Assembly (NCBI GenBank): GCA_050290185.1
Contig: JBNKHE010000001.1
Location: 34,713 to 98,712, forward strand
DNA length: 64,000 nt
Direction: 5' to 3'
Origin: Pontiella sp.
GTDB taxonomy: Bacteria; Verrucomicrobiota; Kiritimatiellia; Kiritimatiellales; Pontiellaceae
Below the pieces are notes generated by a model. The model ran no database searches, had not been told where the DNA came from, and worked only from the letters and a program-made list of their open reading frames with translations. The position numbers were made by a program, and so were the translations under genes. Below are positions 49,782-62,937 of this stretch, in pieces; the first letter of the stretch is position 1; every line of letters begins with the position of its first letter.

Positions 49782-51500
49782 ATGCTTACAAGTACAACCA
49801 GAATACGAAACCTGCTCGAAAAGACGGCTTTGTTTGATGAACCCAAACTGGAAGCGTTGCTGAGCAACGTCCGGGAAAATGGTCTATCGATTCGCGAATC
49901 CGCATTAGCCGTTCTCCCCGGCATCAAGGAAGAGGAATTCCTCACGAAACTTGCTGAAGCGATGGATCTCCCCTTCCAACGGCTCAAGGACACTGAAATT
50001 GCGGAAGACGTTCTATCCAGAATTCCAACCAAAGCCGTTTTCCAATACAATGTCGTTCCTCTCTCCGAAAACGCAGGGACGCTGAACATCGCCAGTTGCG
50101 ACCCGTTGATCCCTGGCCTGGTGGACGCCCTTCGTCTGGCGACCGGATGCCGGATCCAACTGGTGCTCAGTCCTTCCGATGATATTTCCACCGCAGCCAA
50201 GAAGTTTTACGGGGTCGGCGCGGAAACCCTTGACCGCATGATGCAGGATAGCGGCGGAATCGACCTCGACGATGAGGACAACCTGCTGAAGCAGGACCTT
50301 AGCGAGCTGGACCAGGAAGCTTCCGTCGTTAAATTTGTAAACCAGATCATATGGGAAGCCTTCAAGGATCGCGCCACCGACATACACATTGAGCCGATGG
50401 AACTGGACCTGCGCATTCGCTACCGCGTGGATGGCGTGTTGCACGAAACCCCGATGCCACCCAAGCTCAAGCGCTTCCAATCGTCGGTGATCTCCCGCAT
50501 TAAGGTGATGGCCAACATGGATATTGCCGAAAAGCGCTTGCCCCAGGACGGGCGCATCGGCGTGCGCATTCGCGGGGAGGAAATCGATGTCCGCGTGTCA
50601 ACCATGCCGACCGTGTATGGCGAAAGCGTCAGTCTGCGCTTGCTGATGCGCGGCGGCGGACTGATCACCATGAAGGATCTTGGACTGAACGATGACGACA
50701 GCGCCCAGCTCAAGAAAATGATTACCCGCCCCCACGGAATTCTGCTGGTAACCGGCCCGACCGGATCGGGAAAATCAACCTCGCTGTATGCCTGGCTTCA
50801 TACCATCAACTCCGTCGACAAGCGGATCATGTCCGCCGAGGATCCGATTGAATATGAAATGCCGGGCGTGAATCAGGTCCAGATGCGTCCGGAAATCGGC
50901 CTGACTTTTGCCAACACCCTGCGTACATTCCTGCGTCAGGATCCGGATGTCATCATGGTCGGGGAAATCCGCGACCGCGAAACCGCCGAAATCGCCATTC
51001 GCGCGGCCCTCACGGGCCACCTTGTATTCAGCACGATTCATACGAACGACTCGGCAAGCACAATCACGCGCCTGCTGGACATGGGCATTGAACCCTTTCT
51101 GGTGGCCTCCTCCGTGGAAGGCATCGTGGCCCAGCGTCTCGTGCGGGGACTATGCAAGGCCTGCCGTCGCCCTATGGCGGTTGATGAATCCTTCCTGCGC
51201 GAACACAATTTTCCGGTTGATCGCCTCGCAACGGAAGGACCGATCTATGAGGCTGTCGGGTGCGATGAATGCAGAGGCAACGGCTACAAAGGCCGGACCG
51301 GAATTTTTGAAATCCTGCCGGTAAACGACGAAGTGCGTCCGCTGGTCATTGCGCATGCATCCGCCAGCGATATCAAGGCCCAGGCGCTCCAGCACGGTAT
51401 GCGCACCCTGCGCGAAGATGGATGGGACAAGGTTCTGGCAGGTGTTACCACTATCGATGAAATTCTTCGCGTGACGGAAGACGACGAGCCGGACGCATAG
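49782..51500 (+). CDS. GspE/PilB secretion or pilus ATPase
   Basis: DIHIEP, RLPQDGR, GPTGSGKST, EDPIEY, LRQDPDVIMVGEIRD, TGHLVFSTIHTND, CxxC...CxxC. Confidence 0.93.
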   Translation: MLTSTTRIRNLLEKTALFDEPKLEALLSNVRENGLSIRESALAVLPGIKEEEFLTKLAEAMDLPFQRLKDTEIAEDVLSRIPTKAVFQYNVVPLSENAGTLNIASCDPLIPGLVDALRLATGCRIQLVLSPSDDISTAAKKFYGVGAETLDRMMQDSGGIDLDDEDNLLKQDLSELDQEASVVKFVNQIIWEAFKDRATDIHIEPMELDLRIRYRVDGVLHETPMPPKLKRFQSSVISRIKVMANMDIAEKRLPQDGRIGVRIRGEEIDVRVSTMPTVYGESVSLRLLMRGGGLITMKDLGLNDDDSAQLKKMITRPHGILLVTGPTGSGKSTSLYAWLHTINSVDKRIMSAEDPIEYEMPGVNQVQMRPEIGLTFANTLRTFLRQDPDVIMVGEIRDRETAEIAIRAALTGHLVFSTIHTNDSASTITRLLDMGIEPFLVASSVEGIVAQRLVRGLCKACRRPMAVDESFLREHNFPVDRLATEGPIYEAVGCDECRGNGYKGRTGIFEILPVNDEVRPLVIAHASASDIKAQALQHGMRTLREDGWDKVLAGVTTIDEILRVTEDDEPDA

Positions 51501-51550
51501 GTTCAAACGGGAAAGTCCCAACCAGATATCCCGCCGGAAGAAAACACTGA

Positions 51551-52279
51551 CTATTCTTCCAAGGGCGGCAATACGCCTTCTGCTACAAGCTGATCATCCT
51601 GCTCCGGGGTTAACTGAATCGGTAGTGGCGGCATGCCCTCCCGAATAACCTCCATCTGGTAGTCCCGAAGGCTCTCTTGAATCGCTTCACGTTGCGCCGC
51701 CAACTCTTCGGGAGAAACTTCAGGTTCGGGCGCAGGCTGTGGCACGGGCTCTGGCGGTGGGGTTGTGCGACGGAAGCCGCCACCAAACCGGCGTTGCGGC
51801 GGGGCAGGAGTTTTCGGCGCTGCAGGTTTTGCCGCGGCAACAGCTTTTTCTAGCTCGAAGACAACCTCTTTTCCCTGATATTGAACTGTTGCGGATGAAT
51901 TCTTCAGATCAATATTAATGAGTTTCATGGAATCACGGCTCTCACCCACCGCAAGCATCATACTTTTTGGGTCGCCTTTCTTGGGCTTTTTGTTCTGAAA
52001 GCCTGCACGGACTTCGCCGGACTGACTTTCCAGCAAAAAGCAGAGACGATACTCCCGCTCTAAAGCTTTGGCTGCAGCCGCATTCTTCTTCTCCTCATCA
52101 TCGATGAGCGGATCGGCCCCGAAGGGAGAGCGTTCCACAATGACCTCATATCGAGAGCGGTCATAGACTTCTGGCTCGTCAGCCGCATTCGTGGACTCTT
52201 CTTGCCCGTGGCAGATGCCAGCCGCCAATATACCAAAAAGTCCAATGCTCCATATTGTTTTGTACGGTTTTCCAGCCAT
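51551..52279 (-). CDS. Hypothetical exported Pro-rich protein (possibly GspC-like)
   Basis: N-terminal hydrophobic segment, beta-rich middle region, Pro-rich linker, C-terminal PPLPIQLTPEQDDQLV.EGVLPP. Confidence 0.6.
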   Translation of the reverse strand: MAGKPYKTIWSIGLFGILAAGICHGQEESTNAADEPEVYDRSRYEVIVERSPFGADPLIDDEEKKNAAAAKALEREYRLCFLLESQSGEVRAGFQNKKPKKGDPKSMMLAVGESRDSMKLINIDLKNSSATVQYQGKEVVFELEKAVAAAKPAAPKTPAPPQRRFGGGFRRTTPPPEPVPQPAPEPEVSPEELAAQREAIQESLRDYQMEVIREGMPPLPIQLTPEQDDQLVAEGVLPPLEE

Positions 52280-52445
52280 AGAAAATTACCCTTTCCGATC
52301 TTGCGTATAATGTTCGTCGACTCGTGTTGCGTCAAGTCCAACCAGCGACTCCGAACTCATTGAAAACGCATCGGCAGGTGGAGATATTGCATGCAACCCC
52401 GGTTATTGATCGGAAGATAGCGCGAATGTTTTGTTCAGCACGCCG

Positions 52446-53744
52446 CTAACGATGCATCCGCCCGAGAGGAACCGCCAGCGTACCATTAAAAAACTCAATG
52501 ATATGACCGCGCTCAATCAGCCAGCTTAAGGGTTGCAGGGCGTCCTTGGCTTCCTTCGACTTTGGATCCAGTGACGGATGCAAAACCTCGAGCACATGCA
52601 TGCGGGTCGATCCCGGATTTTCCTTTAGGAACATCAAGACCTCGGCAATGTTTGCCACGGTAGCGGCGGGATCCACCGGGTTCGGCTTGATATGGGTCAC
52701 AAAATTCACCTTGCCGGCCTTGAACAGGTGCAGGTGCATATGCCGGAACGCGGCGCGCATGGAAAACGACATGGTCAGGGGGAAGCGGCTCTCCTTGGTC
52801 CATACCTGATGGATGGCATGCACCAGATCCCGATCTTCAAGCTTTTGCGCCGCCTTGGCCGGAAGAATCGCCCGATGCACGGACTCAAACAAATCCGGCA
52901 CCTCCCGGGCAAAGGCGGCCTCCGCCTTGCGCGCATCGACCGGCTCAGCCTCGGGATCGCTTTTAAGCCGGTACAAAGTCTGTTTACGGCTCTCTTCCCG
53001 CCATTGCTCAATCAGCGCCTCATCCTTCACCACCTCTACATACGCCTTGTATTCATCGAGTGAAAGATGCGGAAACCGGGACTGGTGAAGCTCATTGAGC
53101 TTTTCAATGTAGCTGTGGTGGTTCGGCGGCCCCAGCAGGATGCCGGTCTTGGTACAGCGGGCCACTCCCGGGAAATTACCACTGGGCGGATCGGTCTCAA
53201 CTTCCTCCTTATCATAGAAATCGGTTAAGTGGCTCGACATGATATGCTGTCGAATGATCTCCTCGGAAGAAGCGATCGCCTTGCATTGCTTGCATTGGAA
53301 CAGCTCGATCTCGTCCGCGCCCTTGTTGCATTCCACCTTGACCAGATATCCTTGAGTATCCTGGATCAACAGGTTGGCCAGATCCATTAACGGATAGGCG
53401 CGGCGCGAATGATGAATCTGCCTCACCAGCGACGCGAGACGTTTTTGTTCGGGCAGGAAAGAGACGGATACCGGCAACTCTTTAACCGGTTCGCGCCGGG
53501 GCCGCAACGGTTCCCGCGGTTCGGAATCATTCCTGCGCGGTCGGCGAGGACGCTCATCCCTTCGGCCTTCCCTGCGCGCGCCTCCCCGGCTATCGCGGCG
53601 GGGTCGTTCTTCATAGGAATGTTCCTTGCGCGAATAGTGGCTCTCCCCCGGAGGCTTACGCGCCCATTGGGGTACAAAGTTCAGATCCAGGATGACATCC
53701 CGCGAACCTTTCTGATCTTCATGTATATTGCTTTTCTCTTCCAT
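52446..53744 (-). CDS. Hypothetical cytoplasmic protein with an Arg-rich N-terminus and a possible C2H2-like motif
   Basis: 432-aa ORF; CKQC...HIMSSH; C-terminal wHTH-like 'LSWLIERGHIIEF.NG.L'. Confidence 0.7.
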   Translation of the reverse strand: MEEKSNIHEDQKGSRDVILDLNFVPQWARKPPGESHYSRKEHSYEERPRRDSRGGARREGRRDERPRRPRRNDSEPREPLRPRREPVKELPVSVSFLPEQKRLASLVRQIHHSRRAYPLMDLANLLIQDTQGYLVKVECNKGADEIELFQCKQCKAIASSEEIIRQHIMSSHLTDFYDKEEVETDPPSGNFPGVARCTKTGILLGPPNHHSYIEKLNELHQSRFPHLSLDEYKAYVEVVKDEALIEQWREESRKQTLYRLKSDPEAEPVDARKAEAAFAREVPDLFESVHRAILPAKAAQKLEDRDLVHAIHQVWTKESRFPLTMSFSMRAAFRHMHLHLFKAGKVNFVTHIKPNPVDPAATVANIAEVLMFLKENPGSTRMHVLEVLHPSLDPKSKEAKDALQPLSWLIERGHIIEFFNGTLAVPLGRMHR

Positions 53745-53831
53745 GATGGATACCGAGTACTTTATGTTGTAATACGTGAGTTTAGTTGATTATCGATCAA
53801 TGAAAAGCATTAACCCTTGCGTAGATTTTCT

Positions 53832-55025
53832 GTGGCTCAAATACATTCCATCTTCCTGCACGTGGATATGGATGCGTTCTTCGCATCGGTAGAGCAGCAC
53901 GATTATCCCGAATTGAAGGGCAGACCGGTTGTTGTGGGATCCCCACCCGATCAACGCGGCGTGGTGTCCGCCGCTTCCTACGAAGCGCGCAAGTTCGGCA
54001 TCCACTCCGCCATGCCGTCGCGCACCGCCCATCAGAAATGCCCGCACGCCGTATTCCGGCCGGTCAACATAGCCCGCTACAAGGAGGTTTCGCGCCAGAT
54101 CATGCGGATCTTCGAATCCTATACCCCGCTGGTTCAACCGCTTTCCATCGACGAAGCCTTCCTTGACGTCACCGGCGCCCAGCGGTTGTTTGGCGACGGA
54201 AAAACCATCGCGGAAAAAATCCGGCGCGACATCCGCGAACAAACCGGGCTCACCGCCTCCGTTGGCGTGGCTCCCAACATGTACCTTGCAAAAATCGCCT
54301 CCGACATGAACAAGCCCGACGGCCTAACCCTTGTCCCCTTCGAACAGAAGGCGATCGAACAGTTTCTTGCACCGCTGCCCATCAGCCGCATGTGGGGTGC
54401 GGGAAAGGTGACACAGAAAAAACTGCTCTCCCTCGGTCTCACAACCATCGGGCAATTGCAGGCTTGCGATCCGGTAGAACTCGAACGCGTAGTCGGAACT
54501 CATGCAGCATCCGTTTTCGCCCGTCTGGCCAGCGGCATTGACCAACGTCAAATCGAGATGGATACCGAAGAAAAGAGCATTTCAAACGAAACTACCTTTG
54601 GAAGCGACCTCACCGATCGGGATGAAATCGAAGCCGCCTTTAAACGGCTCATCGACAAGGTCGGCTCCCGTCTGCGTCAAGCCGGCCTGTTTGCATCCAC
54701 CATTCACATTAAGTTGCGATGGAGTGATTTTTCAACCATTACGCGCCAGACACGCTTGATCCATCCGTGCTGCGACGATATCACCCTGCGCGAAATCGGC
54801 CTCGAGCTGCTTGATCTGCACTTGCGGCACAGGCCGGTCCGGCTCATCGGCTTTGGAGTCAGTGGGCTGAACGAAACCGATCAACCGGAAACCCAACAGT
54901 TGAACCTGTTTGACCACCCGAATGATGCCCCCTATGAAAAACGCAAAAGACTGAGCCAGACCACTGATACGATTCGGATAAAGTACGGAAGCAAAAGTCT
55001 GAAACGAGGATCCGACATTAAGTAA
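53832..55025 (+). CDS. dinB: DNA polymerase IV
   Basis: HVDMDAFFASVE, SYEARKFGIHSAM, SIDEAFLD, AKIASDMNKPDG, VRLIGFGV. Confidence 0.96.
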   Translation: MAQIHSIFLHVDMDAFFASVEQHDYPELKGRPVVVGSPPDQRGVVSAASYEARKFGIHSAMPSRTAHQKCPHAVFRPVNIARYKEVSRQIMRIFESYTPLVQPLSIDEAFLDVTGAQRLFGDGKTIAEKIRRDIREQTGLTASVGVAPNMYLAKIASDMNKPDGLTLVPFEQKAIEQFLAPLPISRMWGAGKVTQKKLLSLGLTTIGQLQACDPVELERVVGTHAASVFARLASGIDQRQIEMDTEEKSISNETTFGSDLTDRDEIEAAFKRLIDKVGSRLRQAGLFASTIHIKLRWSDFSTITRQTRLIHPCCDDITLREIGLELLDLHLRHRPVRLIGFGVSGLNETDQPETQQLNLFDHPNDAPYEKRKRLSQTTDTIRIKYGSKSLKRGSDIK

Positions 55026-55114
55026 TATTCATATTGTTTTTGCTGTATATGTCGCTCCCTTTTAGTCCACAATCCATCTTTGAGGTGAGAGACTGAAATG
55101 GTTTCTTCTTCCTA

Positions 55115-55163
55115 GGCGACGCAAGTCACTTCCCCTATACATGACTTGCGCCGCCGCTTTTTT
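55115..55163 (+). terminator. Hairpin or terminator between dinB and metH
   Basis: GGCGACGCAAGTCA...TGACTTGCGCCGCC followed by GCTTTTTT. Confidence 0.6.
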
Positions 55164-55295
55164 CCACCACGACCGGGATCGCTCCCATCATGCTGTTGTG
55201 AGCCCGTGCTAAAGCTCCCCTGATTTGCCCTTACAATCCGCCACTAAAACCGCTAGAAACAGCGCTTATTTAATTAATGCCAGATTTTATATTGT

Positions 55296-55317
55296 AATAT
55301 CCGGATAAACGGATATT
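55296..55317. promoter_or_regulatory. Palindromic candidate operator upstream of metH (SahR-like)
   Basis: AATATCCG-N6-CGGATATT, 35 bp before the metH ATG. Confidence 0.55.
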
Positions 55318-55352
55318 TACTTATCCCATATTGAAAAACGGGCGGTTTTTGA

Positions 55353-59069
<3,717 letters not shown>

Positions 59070-59097
59070 GGCGTGAGGAGTGACGATTGAGACGTGA
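59070..59097 (+). repeat. Left heptamer array (NNNNTGA)x4 flanking the four-helix-bundle gene
   Basis: GGCGTGA GGAGTGA CGATTGA GACGTGA. Confidence 0.85.
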
Positions 59098-59109
59098 TTG
59101 GAGGGTATT

Positions 59110-59571
59110 GTGAAGTTTGCAGAATGGGAAGAGCATGTTCCAAAGCTGATTCGAGAAGACTCGCTTTGGTCCGTTGAAGCCTATCGGCTCTCATTGTTTT
59201 TGGCGGATATCAGCTGGCATGACGCGAAGAAACTGTCCAAAGACACCTGTACCAGATCACTTTCCGATCAATTGTATCGTTCAGTCGGATCGATCAGCGC
59301 CAATATCGAAGAGGGATACTCAAAGCAAAGTTCAAAGGACCGCGCGCGCTTTTATGAATATGCATTAGGTTCCGCGCGCGAAAGCCGGGGATGGTATTAC
59401 AAAGGACGCCATGTTCTCGGCGATGCTGCTGCAGAACACCGAATGGATTTAATAACTCAAATCATCCGACTATTAATCAAGATGGTTCCCGACCAAAGGG
59501 GATATAAAATCAAGGAAGACAATTCCGAATACGGGGCAAAGAACATTATTCACGACAAGGTGCCCTTCTGA
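59110..59571 (+). CDS. Four helix bundle protein (23S rRNA IVP / TIGR02436-type family)
   Basis: LSDQLYRSVGSISANIEEGY, RFYEYALGSARE...W. Probable GTG start after GGAGGG (ORF track starts at 59098). Confidence 0.9.
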   Translation: MKFAEWEEHVPKLIREDSLWSVEAYRLSLFLADISWHDAKKLSKDTCTRSLSDQLYRSVGSISANIEEGYSKQSSKDRARFYEYALGSARESRGWYYKGRHVLGDAAAEHRMDLITQIIRLLIKMVPDQRGYKIKEDNSEYGAKNIIHDKVPF

Positions 59572-59572
59572 G

Positions 59573-59600
59573 TCACGCCTCACGGCTCAATCGTCACGAT
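59573..59600 (+). repeat. Right heptamer array (TCANNNN)x4, inverted relative to the left array
   Basis: TCACGCC TCACGGC TCAATCG TCACGAT. CTCAATCGTCAC is the exact reverse complement of GTGACGATTGAG (59080-59091). Confidence 0.85.
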
Positions 59601-59621
59601 TTTAATCAACGAGAACAAACT

Positions 59622-61448
59622 ATGAAAACAATCCTAGAACGCATGGCAGACCACCCCCTCATCTTCGATGGGGCGATGGGAACGATGATTTATTCGAAAG
59701 GGGTGTTCATCAACACCTGCTATGAGCATCTGTGCGTCACCAATCCCAAGCTGATTAAAAGCATCCACCAAGCCTACGTCGACGGCGGTGCAGACGTCAT
59801 TGAAACTAATTCCTACGGCGCCAACCGACTAAAGCTCCAATCCCACGGCCTGGTGGATCAGCTAGAAGCAATCAACCGTGCCTCCGTTAAGCTGGCGCGC
59901 GAAGCCGCCGGCGACGATGTGCTCGTGGCTGGCTCTGTCGGCCCCTGCCTGCAATCTGGACAACTCTTCGATGACCGCATGACAGATGAGCTGTCCAACG
60001 TATTCCGCGAGCACATGGCAGTATTGGCCGATGAAGGAATTGACCTCTTTCTGCTCGAAACCTTTACGCACGTAAAGGAAGCCCAGCTGGCGGCCAAGGT
60101 GGCCAAGGAGTTCAACCTTCCGGTATTTGTTTCCATCACCGTCGGCAAGGATGGCGAAACGCGGCGGGGAGAAAAAATCGAGCAGATCGTCGATGCGCTC
60201 GAACAGGATGAAAACGTGGACGGCATCGGCATCAACTGCGGCGTCGGCCCGGCGGCAGCCTTCAGCATTGCCGAACGCGCCCTGCCCCATACCACGAAGC
60301 CCTTCACCGTTATGGCCAATGCCGGCGTGCCGCAGGAAGTCGATGGCCGCATGATCTACATGTCGACGCCGGAATATTTCACCGAATACGCCAAGAGTAT
60401 GATTCAGGTCGGCGTGCGCGGTGTCGGCGGTTGCTGCGGCACCACGCCGGAACACATCGCCATGATGGCCAAGTCCGTCAAATCGCTGACCGGCGTGAAA
60501 AAGCATGTAACCATCAGTCATCTTGAAAAGGAAGAGCCGGATGTGACAGTCGTGCCGATGGCGGAAAAGTGCGCCTTCGCCGCCAAGCTGGCCCGCGGTG
60601 AAAAGGTGACCAGCGTGGAAATCACCCCGCCCCGCTCCATCGACCTCAATCCAATGCTCGATAAATGCCGCGTCTGCAAGGGTGCCGGCATCGACGCGAT
60701 CAACATTCCCGATGGCCCGCGCGCCAGTGCGCGCATTTCGCCGATGGTGGCGGCATTGGCGGTCGAACGCGAAGTCGGCATCGAAACGGTTCTGCACTAC
60801 TGCTGCCGTGACCGCAACCTGATCGGTATGCAGTCCGACCTGCTCGGCGGCTATGCCGGCGGCCTGCGCAACTACCTGATCATCACCGGCGACCCGCCGA
60901 AGCTGGGCGACTACCCCGACTCCACGCCGGTATTCGACGTCGATGCCGTCGGCCTGACCCAAGTGGTATACAACCTGAACCATGGCCGTGACGTAGGCGG
61001 TAATCCGATCAATCCGCCTACCGGCCTCCTGATCGGCGTCGGAGCCAACCCGTGCGCCGTCGAACCGGAACGCGAGTTGCAGCACTATCTCAACAAGATC
61101 AATGCCGGGGCGGAATATGCCATTACGCAGCCGATTTTCGATCCCGAAGCCCTGCTTCGCTTTCTGGATGCGGCCGAGGCCAAGGGAGGAAACATTCCCG
61201 TCGTGGCCGGCGTTTGGCCGCTGGTCTCGTTCCGCAACGCGGAATTCCTTAATACCGAAGTCCCCGGAGTGGAAGTCCCGACCGCCATCCTCGAACGGAT
61301 GAACAAGGCCTCGACCAAGGAAGACGGCCGCAAGATCGGCATCGAGATCGCCCGTGAAATCTGCGAGCGCATATCCGACCGCGTCGCCGGCTACCAGGTC
61401 AGCGCCCCCTTCGGCATCGTTGATCTCGCACTGCAGGTGCTGGAATAA
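59622..61448 (+). CDS. yitJ: Bifunctional homocysteine S-methyltransferase / methylenetetrahydrofolate reductase
   Basis: HMT domain ([18 protein letters not shown]) fused to an MTHFR domain (VEITPP, NIPDGP.A..R, HYCCRDRN, ITGDPP, ITQP). Confidence 0.92.
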   Translation: MKTILERMADHPLIFDGAMGTMIYSKGVFINTCYEHLCVTNPKLIKSIHQAYVDGGADVIETNSYGANRLKLQSHGLVDQLEAINRASVKLAREAAGDDVLVAGSVGPCLQSGQLFDDRMTDELSNVFREHMAVLADEGIDLFLLETFTHVKEAQLAAKVAKEFNLPVFVSITVGKDGETRRGEKIEQIVDALEQDENVDGIGINCGVGPAAAFSIAERALPHTTKPFTVMANAGVPQEVDGRMIYMSTPEYFTEYAKSMIQVGVRGVGGCCGTTPEHIAMMAKSVKSLTGVKKHVTISHLEKEEPDVTVVPMAEKCAFAAKLARGEKVTSVEITPPRSIDLNPMLDKCRVCKGAGIDAINIPDGPRASARISPMVAALAVEREVGIETVLHYCCRDRNLIGMQSDLLGGYAGGLRNYLIITGDPPKLGDYPDSTPVFDVDAVGLTQVVYNLNHGRDVGGNPINPPTGLLIGVGANPCAVEPERELQHYLNKINAGAEYAITQPIFDPEALLRFLDAAEAKGGNIPVVAGVWPLVSFRNAEFLNTEVPGVEVPTAILERMNKASTKEDGRKIGIEIAREICERISDRVAGYQVSAPFGIVDLALQVLE

Positions 61449-61451
61449 GAG

Positions 61452-61557
61452 GAACCATAGACGATTGGACACCGCGGCCATACTTCATCAAGGACCATAT
61501 TCCCGACAAAAGGGTTGGTGGAAAATATCCGTATCCATCGGCGTTCATCTGTGATTC
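61452..61557. repeat. Degenerate nonamer-period inverted repeat after yitJ
   Basis: Right arm ATCCGTATCCATCGGCGTTCATCTGTGATTC; degenerate left arm GAACCATAGACGATTGGACAC. Confidence 0.5.
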
Positions 61558-61585
61558 AATCTGATTGAAGAAATCGGAGAAGCTC

Positions 61586-62023
61586 ATGAAACGGATAGTC
61601 ATTGCCCTTGTTGTCATCGTTGTTGGAATGCAACTCATTCCAGTGAAGCGAAGCAACCCAGCCGTGATTTCCGACTTTTCCGGGCCGGCGGAGGTGAAGG
61701 CAATCCTGAAGCGCAGCTGCTACGACTGCCACTCCAACGAAACCAGATGGCCGTGGTACAGCCACATAGCCCCCGTTTCGTGGCTGGTCGCGCACGACGT
61801 CAAGGAAGGCCGGGAGCATATGAACTTTTCGGACTGGGAACCCCTGAAGGATATCGTCTGGATCCGCACCCAGATCCACACCATGGTGGCCAATGGACAA
61901 ATGCCCCCTAAATACTATTTACCGATGCATTCCAAGGCGAAAGTCTCGACCGGGGACCTCGCCGTGCTCAAGGATTGGGCGGGCATTTCAGCCGAAGACG
62001 GAACCTCGCAGGAAAACGACTAA
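61586..62023 (+). CDS. Heme-binding domain (Haem_bd) c-type cytochrome
   Basis: ILKRSCYDCHSNET.WPWY...AP.SW, GREHMNFS.W, MPP..Y..MH. Confidence 0.9.
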   Translation: MKRIVIALVVIVVGMQLIPVKRSNPAVISDFSGPAEVKAILKRSCYDCHSNETRWPWYSHIAPVSWLVAHDVKEGREHMNFSDWEPLKDIVWIRTQIHTMVANGQMPPKYYLPMHSKAKVSTGDLAVLKDWAGISAEDGTSQEND

Positions 62024-62113
62024 ATTTGCGCTAGATAAGGGTTGCACAGCCTGAAGTGCCCGTGTAGGTTCTCCGCCTGATTTTGCAACCAATTAGATCC
62101 GAAGAGGTTTGTC

Positions 62114-62296
62114 ATGAGAATTAGAAGAGCAATGCGCAAGAAGCCCCTGCGCCGACCGGTAAAGAAGCCCCGCCTGAAGCGCCGTCGTGTGCTGGAACAA
62201 AAGCAGCGTCTGGTTGGAGCCGGATTCACGGAAGAGCAGCTGGTGCATATGAACACCAAGGACATCCGCGAAGCCATCCGTAAAACAGGTGCTTAA
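62114..62296 (+). CDS. 60-aa highly basic small protein
   Basis: GAGG RBS upstream, K/R-rich N-half, own terminator at 62317-62342. Confidence 0.65.
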   Translation: MRIRRAMRKKPLRRPVKKPRLKRRRVLEQKQRLVGAGFTEEQLVHMNTKDIREAIRKTGA

Positions 62297-62316
62297 TAAG
62301 CCGTTATAGATGTTTG

Positions 62317-62342
62317 AAAAACGCTCCCGTTGGAGCGTTTTT
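62317..62342 (+). terminator. Terminator after the basic small protein
   Basis: AAAAACGCTCC-CGTT-GGAGCGTTTTT. Confidence 0.75.
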
Positions 62343-62367
62343 CTGTTTCGGGACACGGGAGAAAACC

Positions 62368-62877
62368 ATGCAGAATATTGTACTGGTCGGATTTATGGGA
62401 ACGGGGAAAACCACCGTCGGCGAACTCCTCTCCGAAAAAACAGGCATGCCGCTGCTCGATATGGACAGCCTCATCGTCGAACAGGCCGGAAAAAGCATCA
62501 ACGATATCTTTGCGCAGGACGGCGAAACGCACTTCCGCAGGCTGGAACGCGGAATGGTACAGGCGCTGGCCGATACCCATGGCCATGTGATATCCACCGG
62601 CGGCGGCATTGTCCTCAATCCCGACAATATTGCGGATTATGAAAAAAGCGGACTCGTCGTTTGCCTGCTGGCTTCTCCTGAAACCATCCTCGACCGCGTT
62701 CGCCACGACACTTCGCGGCCATTGCTGGAGGGCGACAAGGAGAATAAAATCATCCAGCTGCTGGAGAGCCGGAAACCGTTATACGAGGCCGTTGCCCATA
62801 GGATCGATACCGACGGGCTCACTCCAGAAGAAATTGCCGAGCGAATAATCAGGCTCTATGAATCAAACAATTCTTGA
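62368..62877 (+). CDS. aroK: Shikimate kinase
   Basis: LVGFMGTGKTT, IF...GE..FR.LE, STGGG, RPLL, R.PLYE. Confidence 0.96.
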   Translation: MQNIVLVGFMGTGKTTVGELLSEKTGMPLLDMDSLIVEQAGKSINDIFAQDGETHFRRLERGMVQALADTHGHVISTGGGIVLNPDNIADYEKSGLVVCLLASPETILDRVRHDTSRPLLEGDKENKIIQLLESRKPLYEAVAHRIDTDGLTPEEIAERIIRLYESNNS

Positions 62878-62937
62878 AATCGCAGTTGAAACCCCCACAA
62901 TGACCGCCTGTTTTTTGTATTCATCCAGGAGCATAAC

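Noticed and set aside
55026..55352. SAM or cobalamin riboswitch upstream of metH
   Set aside because: I could not find SAM-I, SAM-II or B12-box consensus elements; only a terminator-like hairpin and a palindrome.
59110..59571. Diversity-generating retroelement (Avd-like gene)
   Set aside because: No reverse transcriptase and no template/variable repeat pair in the window.
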